From contig JAAELU010000141.1 of assembly GCA_024226255.1 (NCBI GenBank), positions 23,093-87,092 of the forward strand: a stretch of 64,000 nt of DNA. The letters are read 5' to 3'. Positions within the stretch are counted from its first letter, which is position 1, and each line of letters begins with the position of its first letter. The translations under genes and the position numbers were made by a program. Source of the DNA: a bacterium (GTDB lineage: Bacteria; Actinomycetota; Acidimicrobiia; Spongiisociales; UBA5794). A model generated the notes under the pieces. The model was not told where the DNA came from, made no database searches, and worked only from the letters and a program-made list of their open reading frames with translations. Below, piece by piece: positions 17,259 to 26,317 of the stretch.

Positions 17259-18227
17259 CTACAGGTTGTGGCGGAAGAAGTTCGCGGTGAGTCGCATCGC
17301 TAGCTTCGCCAGGGCCTGGTCGCCGAACACGTTGTAGATGTGGTCGGCGCCTTCGATGATCCGCAGATTGGCCGTCAGGCTCCCCGCATCGAGAATCATC
17401 TGGCGTGACCAGATTGGGTCGACCGTGGTGTCCTCCGAACCGGCGACGGCCAGCAACGGACCGTCGAACCCGGCGATGACATCTTGCGCGGCCGATGCGT
17501 CGAGCGCGTCGAACCATTCAGCCGCCAACTCGACCATTCTCCAACCGAGATCAATAACGACGGACCCATACTTCTGGGCGTAGTCATAATTGGAGCACTG
17601 GTAACAGGGCTCAAGATTCAGCGCCGCGTCATATGGTGAATCGAATTGCCACTCGAAGTTTGTACGACCGTTGGCCACCGCGCCGGACCAGCTCGCCAGA
17701 ACCTTGACCCGGTCGTCAGTGCCGGCAACCAGGGCGGCAACACGGGACCCGAAGCTGAATCCGAGTACGCCGAGCCGATCATCGTCGCTTTGGGGGCTGG
17801 CCTCGAGCCAATCGAGGGCGATCGATGAGTCGCCAACCATCCGGTCGAGACTCGGTTGCAGATCACCCTCGTCTGCCGCCGCAAAGTCGATCCGCAACGA
17901 TGCGTAGCCTCTGCGGGCGAGGTAGCGCGCCTCGCGCTTGTACATGTCGCCGACCTCATCCTTCGATGACCCGAAGCCGTGGAGCATCAAGACCGCGGGA
18001 TACTCGAGGTCGGCGCTCACGTTGTTGGGTACTGCGAAGGTGGCGGATATGACTCTGTCGCTGTCGGGAATCGCGATATCGACCGCGTACTCCACAAGGC
18101 GCCTATCGGCCATCCTCGCCGACTCTCCCGGTGCGGCAGACACAGCCGCAAGGCTGGCACCAACCAGCAATACGAACAGCATCGTGAGCAGCACCCCACG
18201 TCCAAGACCTCGTCCGCGAATCTTCAT
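17259..18227 (-). CDS. secreted alpha/beta hydrolase (dienelactone-hydrolase-like)
   Basis: Signal peptide MKIRGRGLGRGVLLTMLFVLLVGASLAAVSAAP; LMLHGFGSSKDE; nucleophile elbow GFSFGS. Confidence 0.7.
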   Translation of the reverse strand: MKIRGRGLGRGVLLTMLFVLLVGASLAAVSAAPGESARMADRRLVEYAVDIAIPDSDRVISATFAVPNNVSADLEYPAVLMLHGFGSSKDEVGDMYKREARYLARRGYASLRIDFAAADEGDLQPSLDRMVGDSSIALDWLEASPQSDDDRLGVLGFSFGSRVAALVAGTDDRVKVLASWSGAVANGRTNFEWQFDSPYDAALNLEPCYQCSNYDYAQKYGSVVIDLGWRMVELAAEWFDALDASAAQDVIAGFDGPLLAVAGSEDTTVDPIWSRQMILDAGSLTANLRIIEGADHIYNVFGDQALAKLAMRLTANFFRHNL

Positions 18228-18319
18228 CTGTGATCCTTCCCGTGCTCCGCCTCTTGTTGCTTCCAAACCTAGCGAACCTACAGCTACACAGAGTGGCCGA
18301 GCACAGCCGGGGTGGATCG

Positions 18320-19018
18320 TCAGCGGCTGTTGATTGGCACAAGCTCGATGTCGGGAGCTAGCGCCGCTCGGATCCGCGCGACAGCGTCCGAATGATGTGG
18401 TTCCACCTTGGTCAGCGCCAACATCAACCGGGCTCCGGAGGGAGCGTTGTGGCGGCCCCCGGCAGGGTGACCGACGACGGCGCCAACCGCTTCGGGAGTC
18501 ACTGCATCAGTGATTGAAAGACGGGTCAGCGCCGCCACCCGCTCTGGGCGATGGACGGTTTCGCCAATCGGTCTTGCGAGAGCGTCCGCTCCAACGACGA
18601 CGACCACGAGTGTCACCGACGTTGGGATCACCGGTTCGTGGTTCGCGGGAGCCTTGAATGGCTTGCCTCGTGATCCGTCGGCCTCGATAAGGACGGTCGC
18701 CCGTGTTGTAGCGGCCACAGCGTCGACCAGATCCGGGTCGACTCCGATGACTTTGGCCTTCTCGGCCCGGTGGAGCAGGTAGACCGGGCGCCCGGCTGCG
18801 AGCGCCGCCTCCACCTCGGCGGCTGTCTGACACACGGCGGCCCAGTCGGGAATCTGGTCGACGCCCATCTTGGTTGTGGTCGCCATGACGACAGATCGCC
18901 CAGCAGACGCCAGCTCTCGGCCGGTTTCGAGCACCAGAGTCGACTTGCCGCCGCCACCGACAAACGCGACAACGTCGCCACTCTGGATTCCAAGAAGGTC
19001 GACAAAGCTATTGGTCAT
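18320..19018 (-). CDS. YqeC-like P-loop accessory protein (selenium-dependent molybdenum hydroxylase system family)
   Basis: N-terminal Walker A VAFVGGGGKSTLVLETGREL. About 230 aa. ATGA overlap with the upstream XdhC-like gene. It is the last gene of the Mo-hydroxylase operon. Confidence 0.55.
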   Translation of the reverse strand: MTNSFVDLLGIQSGDVVAFVGGGGKSTLVLETGRELASAGRSVVMATTTKMGVDQIPDWAAVCQTAAEVEAALAAGRPVYLLHRAEKAKVIGVDPDLVDAVAATTRATVLIEADGSRGKPFKAPANHEPVIPTSVTLVVVVVGADALARPIGETVHRPERVAALTRLSITDAVTPEAVGAVVGHPAGGRHNAPSGARLMLALTKVEPHHSDAVARIRAALAPDIELVPINSR

Positions 19019-19809
19019 CTGCGGTTCAACCACACCAGGATGGCCTCGAGGACACCGGCGCCGACCAGTCGGGCCTTGTCCGAGATCTCGAAGCATGCTG
19101 ACCGTTCGGCCCGCGGGTCGACGTCAGCGATCTTGAGACCCTCGGTAGCCGGGAACCCATCGAGGATGAGGCCACGGACGACTCCTGCAATCCTCGACTC
19201 GACCGGCTCGGTACCGACCACGCCGAGGCGCTGGCCGGACTCGACGAGGTCGCCAATCGCTACCGACCACGTCACGGTTCCGGCGCCGGGGGAGCGGAGC
19301 ACACGTTGGGCAGTGGCGCCTCCAACGTCGCCGGGCACACCTGTGTCGGCGGCGGCCGGCCCGTCCCAGATGACCCTGCCGAGGGCGTGGCCGCGCATTG
19401 TCTCGACAACGGCGTCGCAGTCGACCGAGGCATTGAAGCCGGGCCCGAGAGCCACCACGAGCGGTGCTTGATCAACGGTGGTGTCGAGATTCCTTTTGGC
19501 CAGCCGGGCATCGACGACCACGGACTGGTTGAGGAGCGGCAGGTCGGCAGACACCATCACCGCGACGGCGCCGTCGACGGCAGCTGATCGCGCGTCGGCG
19601 ACTGATCCGGAGCGAACGCCGCGGATACCGTCAATGATGATCTCACCCTCGGCCACCACGCTGGCAAAGGAAACTGCCCGACGAATCGCCAGTGGCTGGG
19701 CGAGCTCGCATACGACAACCGGGAAGCCGGCCTGATGCAGGGTGTAGGCAGCTCCACTCGCCAGGTCACCGCCGCCGCGCACGACGACCAGCTCGTCGCC
19801 AAAGAGCAT
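19015..19809 (-). CDS. XdhC/CoxI-like Rossmann accessory protein (EF2563/YqeB-like)
   Basis: VVVRGGGDLASGAAYTLHQAGFPVVVCE dinucleotide-binding-like N-terminus; translationally coupled on both sides. Confidence 0.55.
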   Translation of the reverse strand: MLFGDELVVVRGGGDLASGAAYTLHQAGFPVVVCELAQPLAIRRAVSFASVVAEGEIIIDGIRGVRSGSVADARSAAVDGAVAVMVSADLPLLNQSVVVDARLAKRNLDTTVDQAPLVVALGPGFNASVDCDAVVETMRGHALGRVIWDGPAAADTGVPGDVGGATAQRVLRSPGAGTVTWSVAIGDLVESGQRLGVVGTEPVESRIAGVVRGLILDGFPATEGLKIADVDPRAERSACFEISDKARLVGAGVLEAILVWLNRR

Positions 19810-20609
19810 CAGGCCTCGTCCGACTCGGCGGTCCGGGTGACTCGGATGACTTCGGACAGGATGGAGACGGCGATCTCTTCGAGAGTTTCGGCGCCGATCT
19901 CGATTCCGATCGGCGCGTGAACCCGTTCGAGATCCGACTCGGATACGCCCGCCTCGAGTAGCTGGCCTCGTGTCGTCGCCCAGCGGCGTTCGCTGCCCAT
20001 CACTCCGATGTACCGGGCGGGTGTCGCCAGCAGCGGGGGAATCGCCGCAACGTCGATTCCGACATTTCGAGACACGATGACCACAGAGGTCTCGGCCGTG
20101 ATCGGGTGCGCCGCCAGCGTCTCGACAATCGATCCAGCGAGGCGCACACCAGCGTTTGGCATCTCATCTTCAGTCAACCGCTCCTCACGGTCATCGGTCG
20201 CCACGGTGGCATAGCCCAGCCAGTGGGCCAGGTCGACCACCGCCCGGCCTACGTGGCCGGCGCCGATGACAAACACCGTGTGTTGTGGCATATGGGGCTC
20301 CAAGTAGATCTGTACCTCTCCGCCGCAGACACCGGGATCACCACGATCCGGAGCCAGCAGGTTGTAGTCCAGCAGCTTCGTGCGCCCGGTGCGCAACGCG
20401 TCCTTGGCCTCCTCAACGACTCGGGACTCCATCTCGCCACCGCCCACAGTGCCAACGAGGCGTCCGTCGCCGAAGACCAGCATCTTGGTGCCGGCGCGCC
20501 GCGGGACGGAGCGTCGCGTGGCGACGACCGTCGCGAGCACAACGGGAGTTCCGTCGCCGATCGCGTCGATCAGCAGGCCGAGCAGCCGTTGGTCCTCGCC
20601 TGTATTCAC
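19809..20609 (-). CDS. xdhC: xanthine dehydrogenase accessory factor XdhC
   Basis: XdhC_CoxI N-domain (LATVVATRRSVPRRAGTKMLV...GTVGGGEME) and XdhC_C Rossmann (VFVIGAGHVGRAVVDLAHWLGYATVATD). Confidence 0.8.
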   Translation of the reverse strand: MNTGEDQRLLGLLIDAIGDGTPVVLATVVATRRSVPRRAGTKMLVFGDGRLVGTVGGGEMESRVVEEAKDALRTGRTKLLDYNLLAPDRGDPGVCGGEVQIYLEPHMPQHTVFVIGAGHVGRAVVDLAHWLGYATVATDDREERLTEDEMPNAGVRLAGSIVETLAAHPITAETSVVIVSRNVGIDVAAIPPLLATPARYIGVMGSERRWATTRGQLLEAGVSESDLERVHAPIGIEIGAETLEEIAVSILSEVIRVTRTAESDEA

Positions 20610-23513
20610 CTACTGCGCCTGCATTGCCCGCCACACCCGCTCGGGGGTGAATGGCAGGTTGTTGATGCGGGTTCCTGTGGCATCGGCAATCGCATTGCGG
20701 ATTGCCGGAGCAACTCCGTCCTTGGGGATCTCGGCAATGGCCTTGGCGCCGAAGGGGCCGCTCTTTTCCATTGTCTGCACCAGATAGGTGTCGATATGGG
20801 GCATTTCATCGGCGCGGTAGATCCAATAGGGGCCGAACCGTGCGTTGACCATCTTGCCGCTCTCGTCGTACGCCATTTCCTCGCAGTGGCCGTAGCCGAG
20901 AGCTTGGACCATGCCGCCCTCGACCTGTCCGGCGGCCGTCACAGGATTGATTGGCACACCACAGTCGACGGCCATGATCAGGGACTTCACGGTCACCTGG
21001 CCGGTGTCGATGTCGACTTCGACCTCGGCGAATTGAGCCGCGTACGGCGGGGGTGACTCCGAGCACACGTACGAGGCAACGCCCATGATCTGGTGTTGGT
21101 CTTGGCGGTGCAACGAGTGGAGAGCGATCTCTTCGAGCGTTACTGAGCGGCCGTCAACGGCCCACGCTCGCTTGTCGGCAAGCTCGATGGAACCTGGGTT
21201 CTCATCGAGCATCAGAGCGGCCCGGTCCACGATCAGCTTGCGAGCCTCTTCGGCGGCACGTTTGACGGCCATGCCCGATATGTAGGTCGTAGAGGACGCG
21301 TAGGCACCGACGTCGAACGGGGTCATGTCCGTATCGGCGGCGTACACGAGGATGTCCACGAGAGGCACCCCGAGTACCTCTGCGGCGATCTGCCCTAGGA
21401 CGGTGTCGGCTCCCGTGCCCAGGTCGGTGGCGCCCATCAAGAGATTGAACGATCCGTCGTCGTTGATCTTGATGCTGGCGGCACCCATGTCGAGACCGGG
21501 GATGGCGCTGCCGTGCATGCACATAGCGAAGCCCAAGCCCCGCCGGATGTTGGGCCGATCTGCGGGCGCCTTCCACTCAGGATCGAGTCGACGCTTCCAG
21601 CCGATCGCCCGCTCGCCCTGGGCAACACACTCTTCGAGGCCGCTCGACGTGATGACCGGGACGAAGCCGTCGTCTGGGGCGTCGCCTTCACCGAGCTGCG
21701 GGGCGATATCGATCGGGTCGCCGACTCCGGCCCAGTTGAGCCTGCGGAACTCGATCGACTCCATGCCGAGTTCGGCGGCGATGTCCTCCATGTGGGCTTC
21801 GAGAGCGAAGAGGGCCTGGGGCGCGCCGTAGCCACGGTATGCCCCCGGCACTGGAATGTTGGTGTAGGCGACCTTGCAGTCGAACCGCTTGTTGGGGCAG
21901 TTGTATGAGCTGAGGCCGCGCAGGCCGCTAACAGTCTGCACGGTCAGGCCATGGGTTCCATATGCGCCCGTGTTGGCCACGACCTGCATTTCCTGGGCGA
22001 CCAGCCTGCCGAGAGGATCGACGCCTGTTCGGTATGTGATCGTCTGCGGGTGCCGGGTTCGGCTGGAGACGAACTCCTCCTCACGGTTGAGCTCGAGTCG
22101 AACCGGCTGTCCCGTGGCCATCGTGAGATGTCCCACGACGTCTTCGATCAGCATCTCCTGTTTGGCGCCGAAGCCGCCGCCAATGCGCGGCTTGACGACG
22201 CGGATCTGCCTGACGGGCAGGCCGAGAAGCGGCGCCACCATCCGGCGGACGTGGAACGGGACTTGGGTCGAAGTCCGAATGACCATCCGTTCGTCGCTGT
22301 CCCAATATGCAATGGCGATGTGAGGTTCGATGGGGGTTTGTTGCACCTGGTGCACTCGAAAAGTCTGCTCGAACACTCGGCTGGCGCTCGCCAGTCCCTC
22401 CTCCACGTCGCCGTTGTGGGCATAGATGTGGTGCACGATGTTCCGGCCCGCATCGTGGGCACCGTCCATCTCATCCTCGTCGTGGATGACCGGGGCGCCA
22501 TCGGCGATGGCCTCGACCTCGTCGAATACCGCGGGAAGCACCTCGTATTCGACCTCGATGAGAGCGACCGCTTCCTCGGCGATCTCAATGGTGTCGGCAG
22601 CAACAGCGGCCACCCGGTCGCCAACGTGCCGGACTTTGCTGTCGAAGCTCACCTGGTCATACGGTTGAGGGTTCGGGAAAGTCTGTCCACCGGACGCATA
22701 CCGGACGCGAGCAACGTTCTCGTGATGAAGTACGGCTCTAACACCGGGCAAGGCTTGTGCCTTGGAGTCGTCGATGCTGACGATCCGGGCGTGAGCATGG
22801 GGGCTATACAACATCTTTGCGTAGAGCATCTGGCGCAATTCGATGTCATCGACGAACGCCGGATTGCCCTTCGCCAGCTTCACTGAGTCCACCTTGAACT
22901 CCGGCTTGCCGACCACAGCGGTGTCAGGCACCTCGGGGTTGGGGACGACCTTGGGGAACACCCCGGGGATCCCACCTGGGTCGGCGACACCCTCACCGCC
23001 CATGTCGTATGTGAGAGGTGGAACGATGGCCGTTTCGATGTCCGGGACCGATTCGCCACGAAGTGCGGCAGCGGCGCGTTGCACAGCCATCACCGGGCGC
23101 AGATAGCCGGTCTCGCGGTCGAGAATGCCGGCGAGCATGTCGCGGATCTCGGCCTCGCTCGGATCGGGATTGTGTTCCAGCAAAGCCTTGGTACCCAGGA
23201 TCGTTGCCGGTGTCGAGTAGCCAGACTGGATGGCACCGGTGGCCACAAACGCTTCCTGGATGGGATGCATGGTCATCTTGGGAGCCAGTGCCTCGATCGT
23301 TTCGATCGAGTGCCCTTCAGCCTGGGCGGCCAGCATCACCTGGGTGGAGACAAGCCGGCCGTCGACCAGCACGGCATCAGAACCGGTCTCGCCGGTTTCA
23401 GAACCGAAACGGACGCTGTAGTAACCCTCGCGGCGCAGCACGGTCAGCAAGGACTCGTGGGGCTCGCAGCTGACGAGGCGTCGATCGCCGTTGATTTCGA
23501 GCGTCACTTTCAT
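20610..23513 (-). CDS. xanthine dehydrogenase/aldehyde oxidase family molybdopterin-binding subunit with an N-terminal cysteine-less 2x[2Fe-2S]-homologous domain
   Basis: Moco-domain motifs RIGGGFGAKQEM, AYRGYGAPQALFALE and the GAKAIAEIPKDGVAPAIRNAIADATG catalytic-Glu region. The N-terminal 160 aa align to CoxS/XdhC-type ferredoxin, but every Cys is replaced: GSETGETGSDAV for GCxxGxCGAC, QSGYSTPA for QCGFCTPG, ILDRETGY for NLCRCTGY. Confidence 0.8.
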   Translation of the reverse strand: MKVTLEINGDRRLVSCEPHESLLTVLRREGYYSVRFGSETGETGSDAVLVDGRLVSTQVMLAAQAEGHSIETIEALAPKMTMHPIQEAFVATGAIQSGYSTPATILGTKALLEHNPDPSEAEIRDMLAGILDRETGYLRPVMAVQRAAAALRGESVPDIETAIVPPLTYDMGGEGVADPGGIPGVFPKVVPNPEVPDTAVVGKPEFKVDSVKLAKGNPAFVDDIELRQMLYAKMLYSPHAHARIVSIDDSKAQALPGVRAVLHHENVARVRYASGGQTFPNPQPYDQVSFDSKVRHVGDRVAAVAADTIEIAEEAVALIEVEYEVLPAVFDEVEAIADGAPVIHDEDEMDGAHDAGRNIVHHIYAHNGDVEEGLASASRVFEQTFRVHQVQQTPIEPHIAIAYWDSDERMVIRTSTQVPFHVRRMVAPLLGLPVRQIRVVKPRIGGGFGAKQEMLIEDVVGHLTMATGQPVRLELNREEEFVSSRTRHPQTITYRTGVDPLGRLVAQEMQVVANTGAYGTHGLTVQTVSGLRGLSSYNCPNKRFDCKVAYTNIPVPGAYRGYGAPQALFALEAHMEDIAAELGMESIEFRRLNWAGVGDPIDIAPQLGEGDAPDDGFVPVITSSGLEECVAQGERAIGWKRRLDPEWKAPADRPNIRRGLGFAMCMHGSAIPGLDMGAASIKINDDGSFNLLMGATDLGTGADTVLGQIAAEVLGVPLVDILVYAADTDMTPFDVGAYASSTTYISGMAVKRAAEEARKLIVDRAALMLDENPGSIELADKRAWAVDGRSVTLEEIALHSLHRQDQHQIMGVASYVCSESPPPYAAQFAEVEVDIDTGQVTVKSLIMAVDCGVPINPVTAAGQVEGGMVQALGYGHCEEMAYDESGKMVNARFGPYWIYRADEMPHIDTYLVQTMEKSGPFGAKAIAEIPKDGVAPAIRNAIADATGTRINNLPFTPERVWRAMQAQ

Positions 23514-24274
23514 GATGCACTCCCTTCGAGCTCCGACATAACGCGTGCGCCAAGTACGGACGCCAGGTGGCGTCGATATTCGGGCGTGCCCCGAAAGTCA
23601 CCCGGTGGATCGAGGTCACTGATACGGTCCAAATCGATAGTGATTGGCACTGGGGCCAGACCGGTGGCTGCCAGATTGACTTGGCCATCCTCGAGACGAC
23701 GTCCCACCACCAAGACAATGGGAGTGTCGGCAGGCGTTCTCGCAGTTCCTGCCGCGGCGCCTTGACCGCTCACATCGATCTCCACGCCGGTGATGATCTT
23801 GCCATCCAGCTCAGTTCGGTCCTCCAACAACTCACCAACTGCGATCCGCTCGTCACCTTGAGAAGTCGCGAGTGTGGCCACTGCGCCATAGGCCACGAGT
23901 CCCGCCAAAAAGCGGCTCTCCGGGTCGGCCGAGCCAACGGTGCCGCCGACGGTCGCCGCGTTGCGGAATGTATTGGGGGCTTCGCCATGAGCTAGGTCGC
24001 GCAGCACCGGCGGCGTCCACTCATGATCGACGACGTCCTGGAGAAGCGCAGTGGCACCAAAACGGAGGGCCGGCCCGTCGCGGTCGATCGAGTTCAAGCC
24101 GAGGCTCTGCAGATCGACCACTTCTTCGGGCAAGCTCTCCGGCCGGCCGTTGAGTACCGTCCCGCCTCCAAGGGGTGCGGTCGTAACCTCCGACCTGGCG
24201 AGCAATTCGAGGGCCTCCTCGATAGTCGCCGGTCGGTGGTATCTGCGGATCCTCGTCATCGGCCGTCCTTCCAA
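23510..24274 (-). CDS. molybdenum hydroxylase FAD-binding subunit (CoxM/XdhB-like)
   Basis: FAD_binding_5 pattern (PLGGGTVLNG, ATVGGTVGSADPESRF, GVEIDV). A 4-nt ATGA overlap with the Mo-subunit gene. Confidence 0.75.
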   Translation of the reverse strand: MEGRPMTRIRRYHRPATIEEALELLARSEVTTAPLGGGTVLNGRPESLPEEVVDLQSLGLNSIDRDGPALRFGATALLQDVVDHEWTPPVLRDLAHGEAPNTFRNAATVGGTVGSADPESRFLAGLVAYGAVATLATSQGDERIAVGELLEDRTELDGKIITGVEIDVSGQGAAAGTARTPADTPIVLVVGRRLEDGQVNLAATGLAPVPITIDLDRISDLDPPGDFRGTPEYRRHLASVLGARVMSELEGSAS

Positions 24275-24305
24275 TCACACTTGTGCAGCGTCGCCAGTTG
24301 CGATG

Positions 24306-24545
24306 CTACTGACGTGCGCTCCCGGAACGGAGCGCTGTGGCCATTCGTTTGCGAGCGATCAAAAACCACCATGCAGCACCAACGCCACCGGTCAGCAAGA
24401 CAACAAGGGCGATCGCCGCCTTGGATGGTCCTACGGATAGGAAGTCTGCTGCCGGCTTGCGAGCGATGTCGACGAACGCCAGCACCGGCAGAACGATCCC
24501 AAGCACGATCAGCCCGCCAAGCAAGAGCAACAAACCGCTGTCCAT
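24306..24545 (-). CDS. small two-TM membrane protein
   Basis: A 79-aa protein with two hydrophobic helices (LLLLLGGLIVLGIVLPVLAF, AIALVVLLTGGVGAAWWFLIA). Confidence 0.5.
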   Translation of the reverse strand: MDSGLLLLLGGLIVLGIVLPVLAFVDIARKPAADFLSVGPSKAAIALVVLLTGGVGAAWWFLIARKRMATALRSGSARQ

Positions 24546-24664
24546 AGCACCACGCTACACGCCGTAGCGAGCCGGCGAGCTCGGCCGGATCGGCTTGGAG
24601 GATCTTGTCATTTCGAGTGGGTGGCCTCAATGATTCTCGCCACAATGCCGATGAACTCTGAGGC

Positions 24665-25714
24665 ATGACTTCAGACTCAATTCATGAGCGACGTCACTAC
24701 GTCGTCAGATGGTCAATCGCGGGGGCACTCTTTGGTGCCTTCTTCCCGCTGGTTGCCTGGCGCCTCGCCGTCGCCGAATCCGGTTCGCTCACATTCAGTG
24801 AGCTTCACGCGCTGCATCCGACCATGTGGATCGTCGATCTGGTGCCGACTGTGCTCGGTCTGGCCGGGGTCGTGATCGGGGTTCTCTATGCCCGTCTGGC
24901 CCGGTCCAAGGCCCGAACCGAAACACACGCCCGCGAGATCGCGGCCAACTGGACTGCCGACCTCCATACCGCCAACCTCGAGCTGGTCGAGTCCCTCGAG
25001 TCGCGGAACGTCTTCTACGCCGCGGTCACTCACGAGCTGCGGTCACCTTTGGCCGCCATTGTCGGTTACACCGACATGGCGGAGGAGATCGCCACGGAGC
25101 CTCCCGAGCTGCCGGGCTATCTCGAGGAGATCTATGGGGCCGCCACAGCGATGCTCGGAATGGTGAACGACCTTCTCGATGCGGCCAAGCTCGATGCAGG
25201 CGGCATCTCCATCGAGATGACGCGTGTCTCCTGCAATGAGGCTGTCGAGGACGTGGTGGGCCGGCTGATACCGCTGGCGACGCACAAGGGCCTCGTTCTG
25301 CAGGCGTCATCGACCGACGAAGTGTTCTGCAGAGCAGATCCAGTTCGGCTGCGACAGGTCCTGACCAATCTCGTAGCCAATGCCATCAAGTTCTCCGAGT
25401 CGGGAGTCATCGAGATCACCCCAACCGACCCGGGCGGCCGGCCCACGGTCGAGGTCTCAGATCAAGGGCCCGGCATGACTTCAGATGAGCTCGAGGCGAT
25501 ATTCGGTGCGTTCGAGTCGGGCGAGAGCGGAAGGGCTCGCAGGGACAGCAGCGGCCTGGGCTTGGCAATCAGCCGCTCGCTGATGGACGCAATGGACGGC
25601 CAGATTTCTGCACACTCTGCGGGGCAGGGCGAGGGCTCGAGCTTCCGACTGCAACTACAGGCGTGTACCGGCGCACCCAACGAATCGCGCAAGGCCCTAC
25701 TGGCAACCGCGTAG
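24665..25714 (+). CDS. sensor histidine kinase (two N-terminal TM segments, HisKA, HATPase_c); no adjacent response regulator
   Basis: H-box YAAVTHELRSPLAAIVGY; N-box LTNLVANAIKFS; G-boxes DQGPGMT and GLGLAISRSLM. Confidence 0.8.
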   Translation: MTSDSIHERRHYVVRWSIAGALFGAFFPLVAWRLAVAESGSLTFSELHALHPTMWIVDLVPTVLGLAGVVIGVLYARLARSKARTETHAREIAANWTADLHTANLELVESLESRNVFYAAVTHELRSPLAAIVGYTDMAEEIATEPPELPGYLEEIYGAATAMLGMVNDLLDAAKLDAGGISIEMTRVSCNEAVEDVVGRLIPLATHKGLVLQASSTDEVFCRADPVRLRQVLTNLVANAIKFSESGVIEITPTDPGGRPTVEVSDQGPGMTSDELEAIFGAFESGESGRARRDSSGLGLAISRSLMDAMDGQISAHSAGQGEGSSFRLQLQACTGAPNESRKALLATA

Positions 25715-25718
25715 GCGC

Positions 25719-26285
25719 CTAGCGAATCGGAGCCACAGCACCCAGGATCGCGGCCAGCTTGTCCAGTGGTTGTCCGATCTGTACGTCGACCTCGATGGCG
25801 CTGCCATCGCTGAACACCACCGCAACCACCCTTCCCATCCCACGGCGTCGGATTTCACCGATCTTCACCTGGGAACGCTGCACGACCATGGTCGGGGGTT
25901 TGAACTGCAGACCATTTGAAGGGAACGTGTAGAACCTGGTGGCGGAGACCGCCATGATGCAGGGCTTTGCAGGAAAGTCCTCGACCATTCCCACCTGGGC
26001 TTCGATCTGTTCCTCCTGAGAGCGGTTCATGGCACGCTGACCAAGCCCAGGCAGGGCAGCCAATTTGAACATGCCGAGGCCGTAGGTCCCCTTGGGCTCA
26101 CACAGCACCGCGACCTCGAGAAGTTCACCTGCGTCGAGGTACTTGGCAACGCGCTTCCGAGTGCGCCTGGTGGTGTCGGGCATGATCGGTCTATCGGCAG
26201 GCCTGGTCCTCTGGAAAAGCAATGCCTGATGGATCCATCCGGTGTCCCAAATGAATTCGGGCCCTGATCGGGGCCGTAGAATCAA
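25719..26285 (-). CDS. hypothetical protein
   Basis: 188-aa ORF with no confidently recognised domain; the start is uncertain. Confidence 0.4.
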   Translation of the reverse strand: MILRPRSGPEFIWDTGWIHQALLFQRTRPADRPIMPDTTRRTRKRVAKYLDAGELLEVAVLCEPKGTYGLGMFKLAALPGLGQRAMNRSQEEQIEAQVGMVEDFPAKPCIMAVSATRFYTFPSNGLQFKPPTMVVQRSQVKIGEIRRRGMGRVVAVVFSDGSAIEVDVQIGQPLDKLAAILGAVAPIR

Positions 26286-26317
26286 GCTTCGTTCCGGCGA
26301 CGTCGGAGGAGCTGAAA

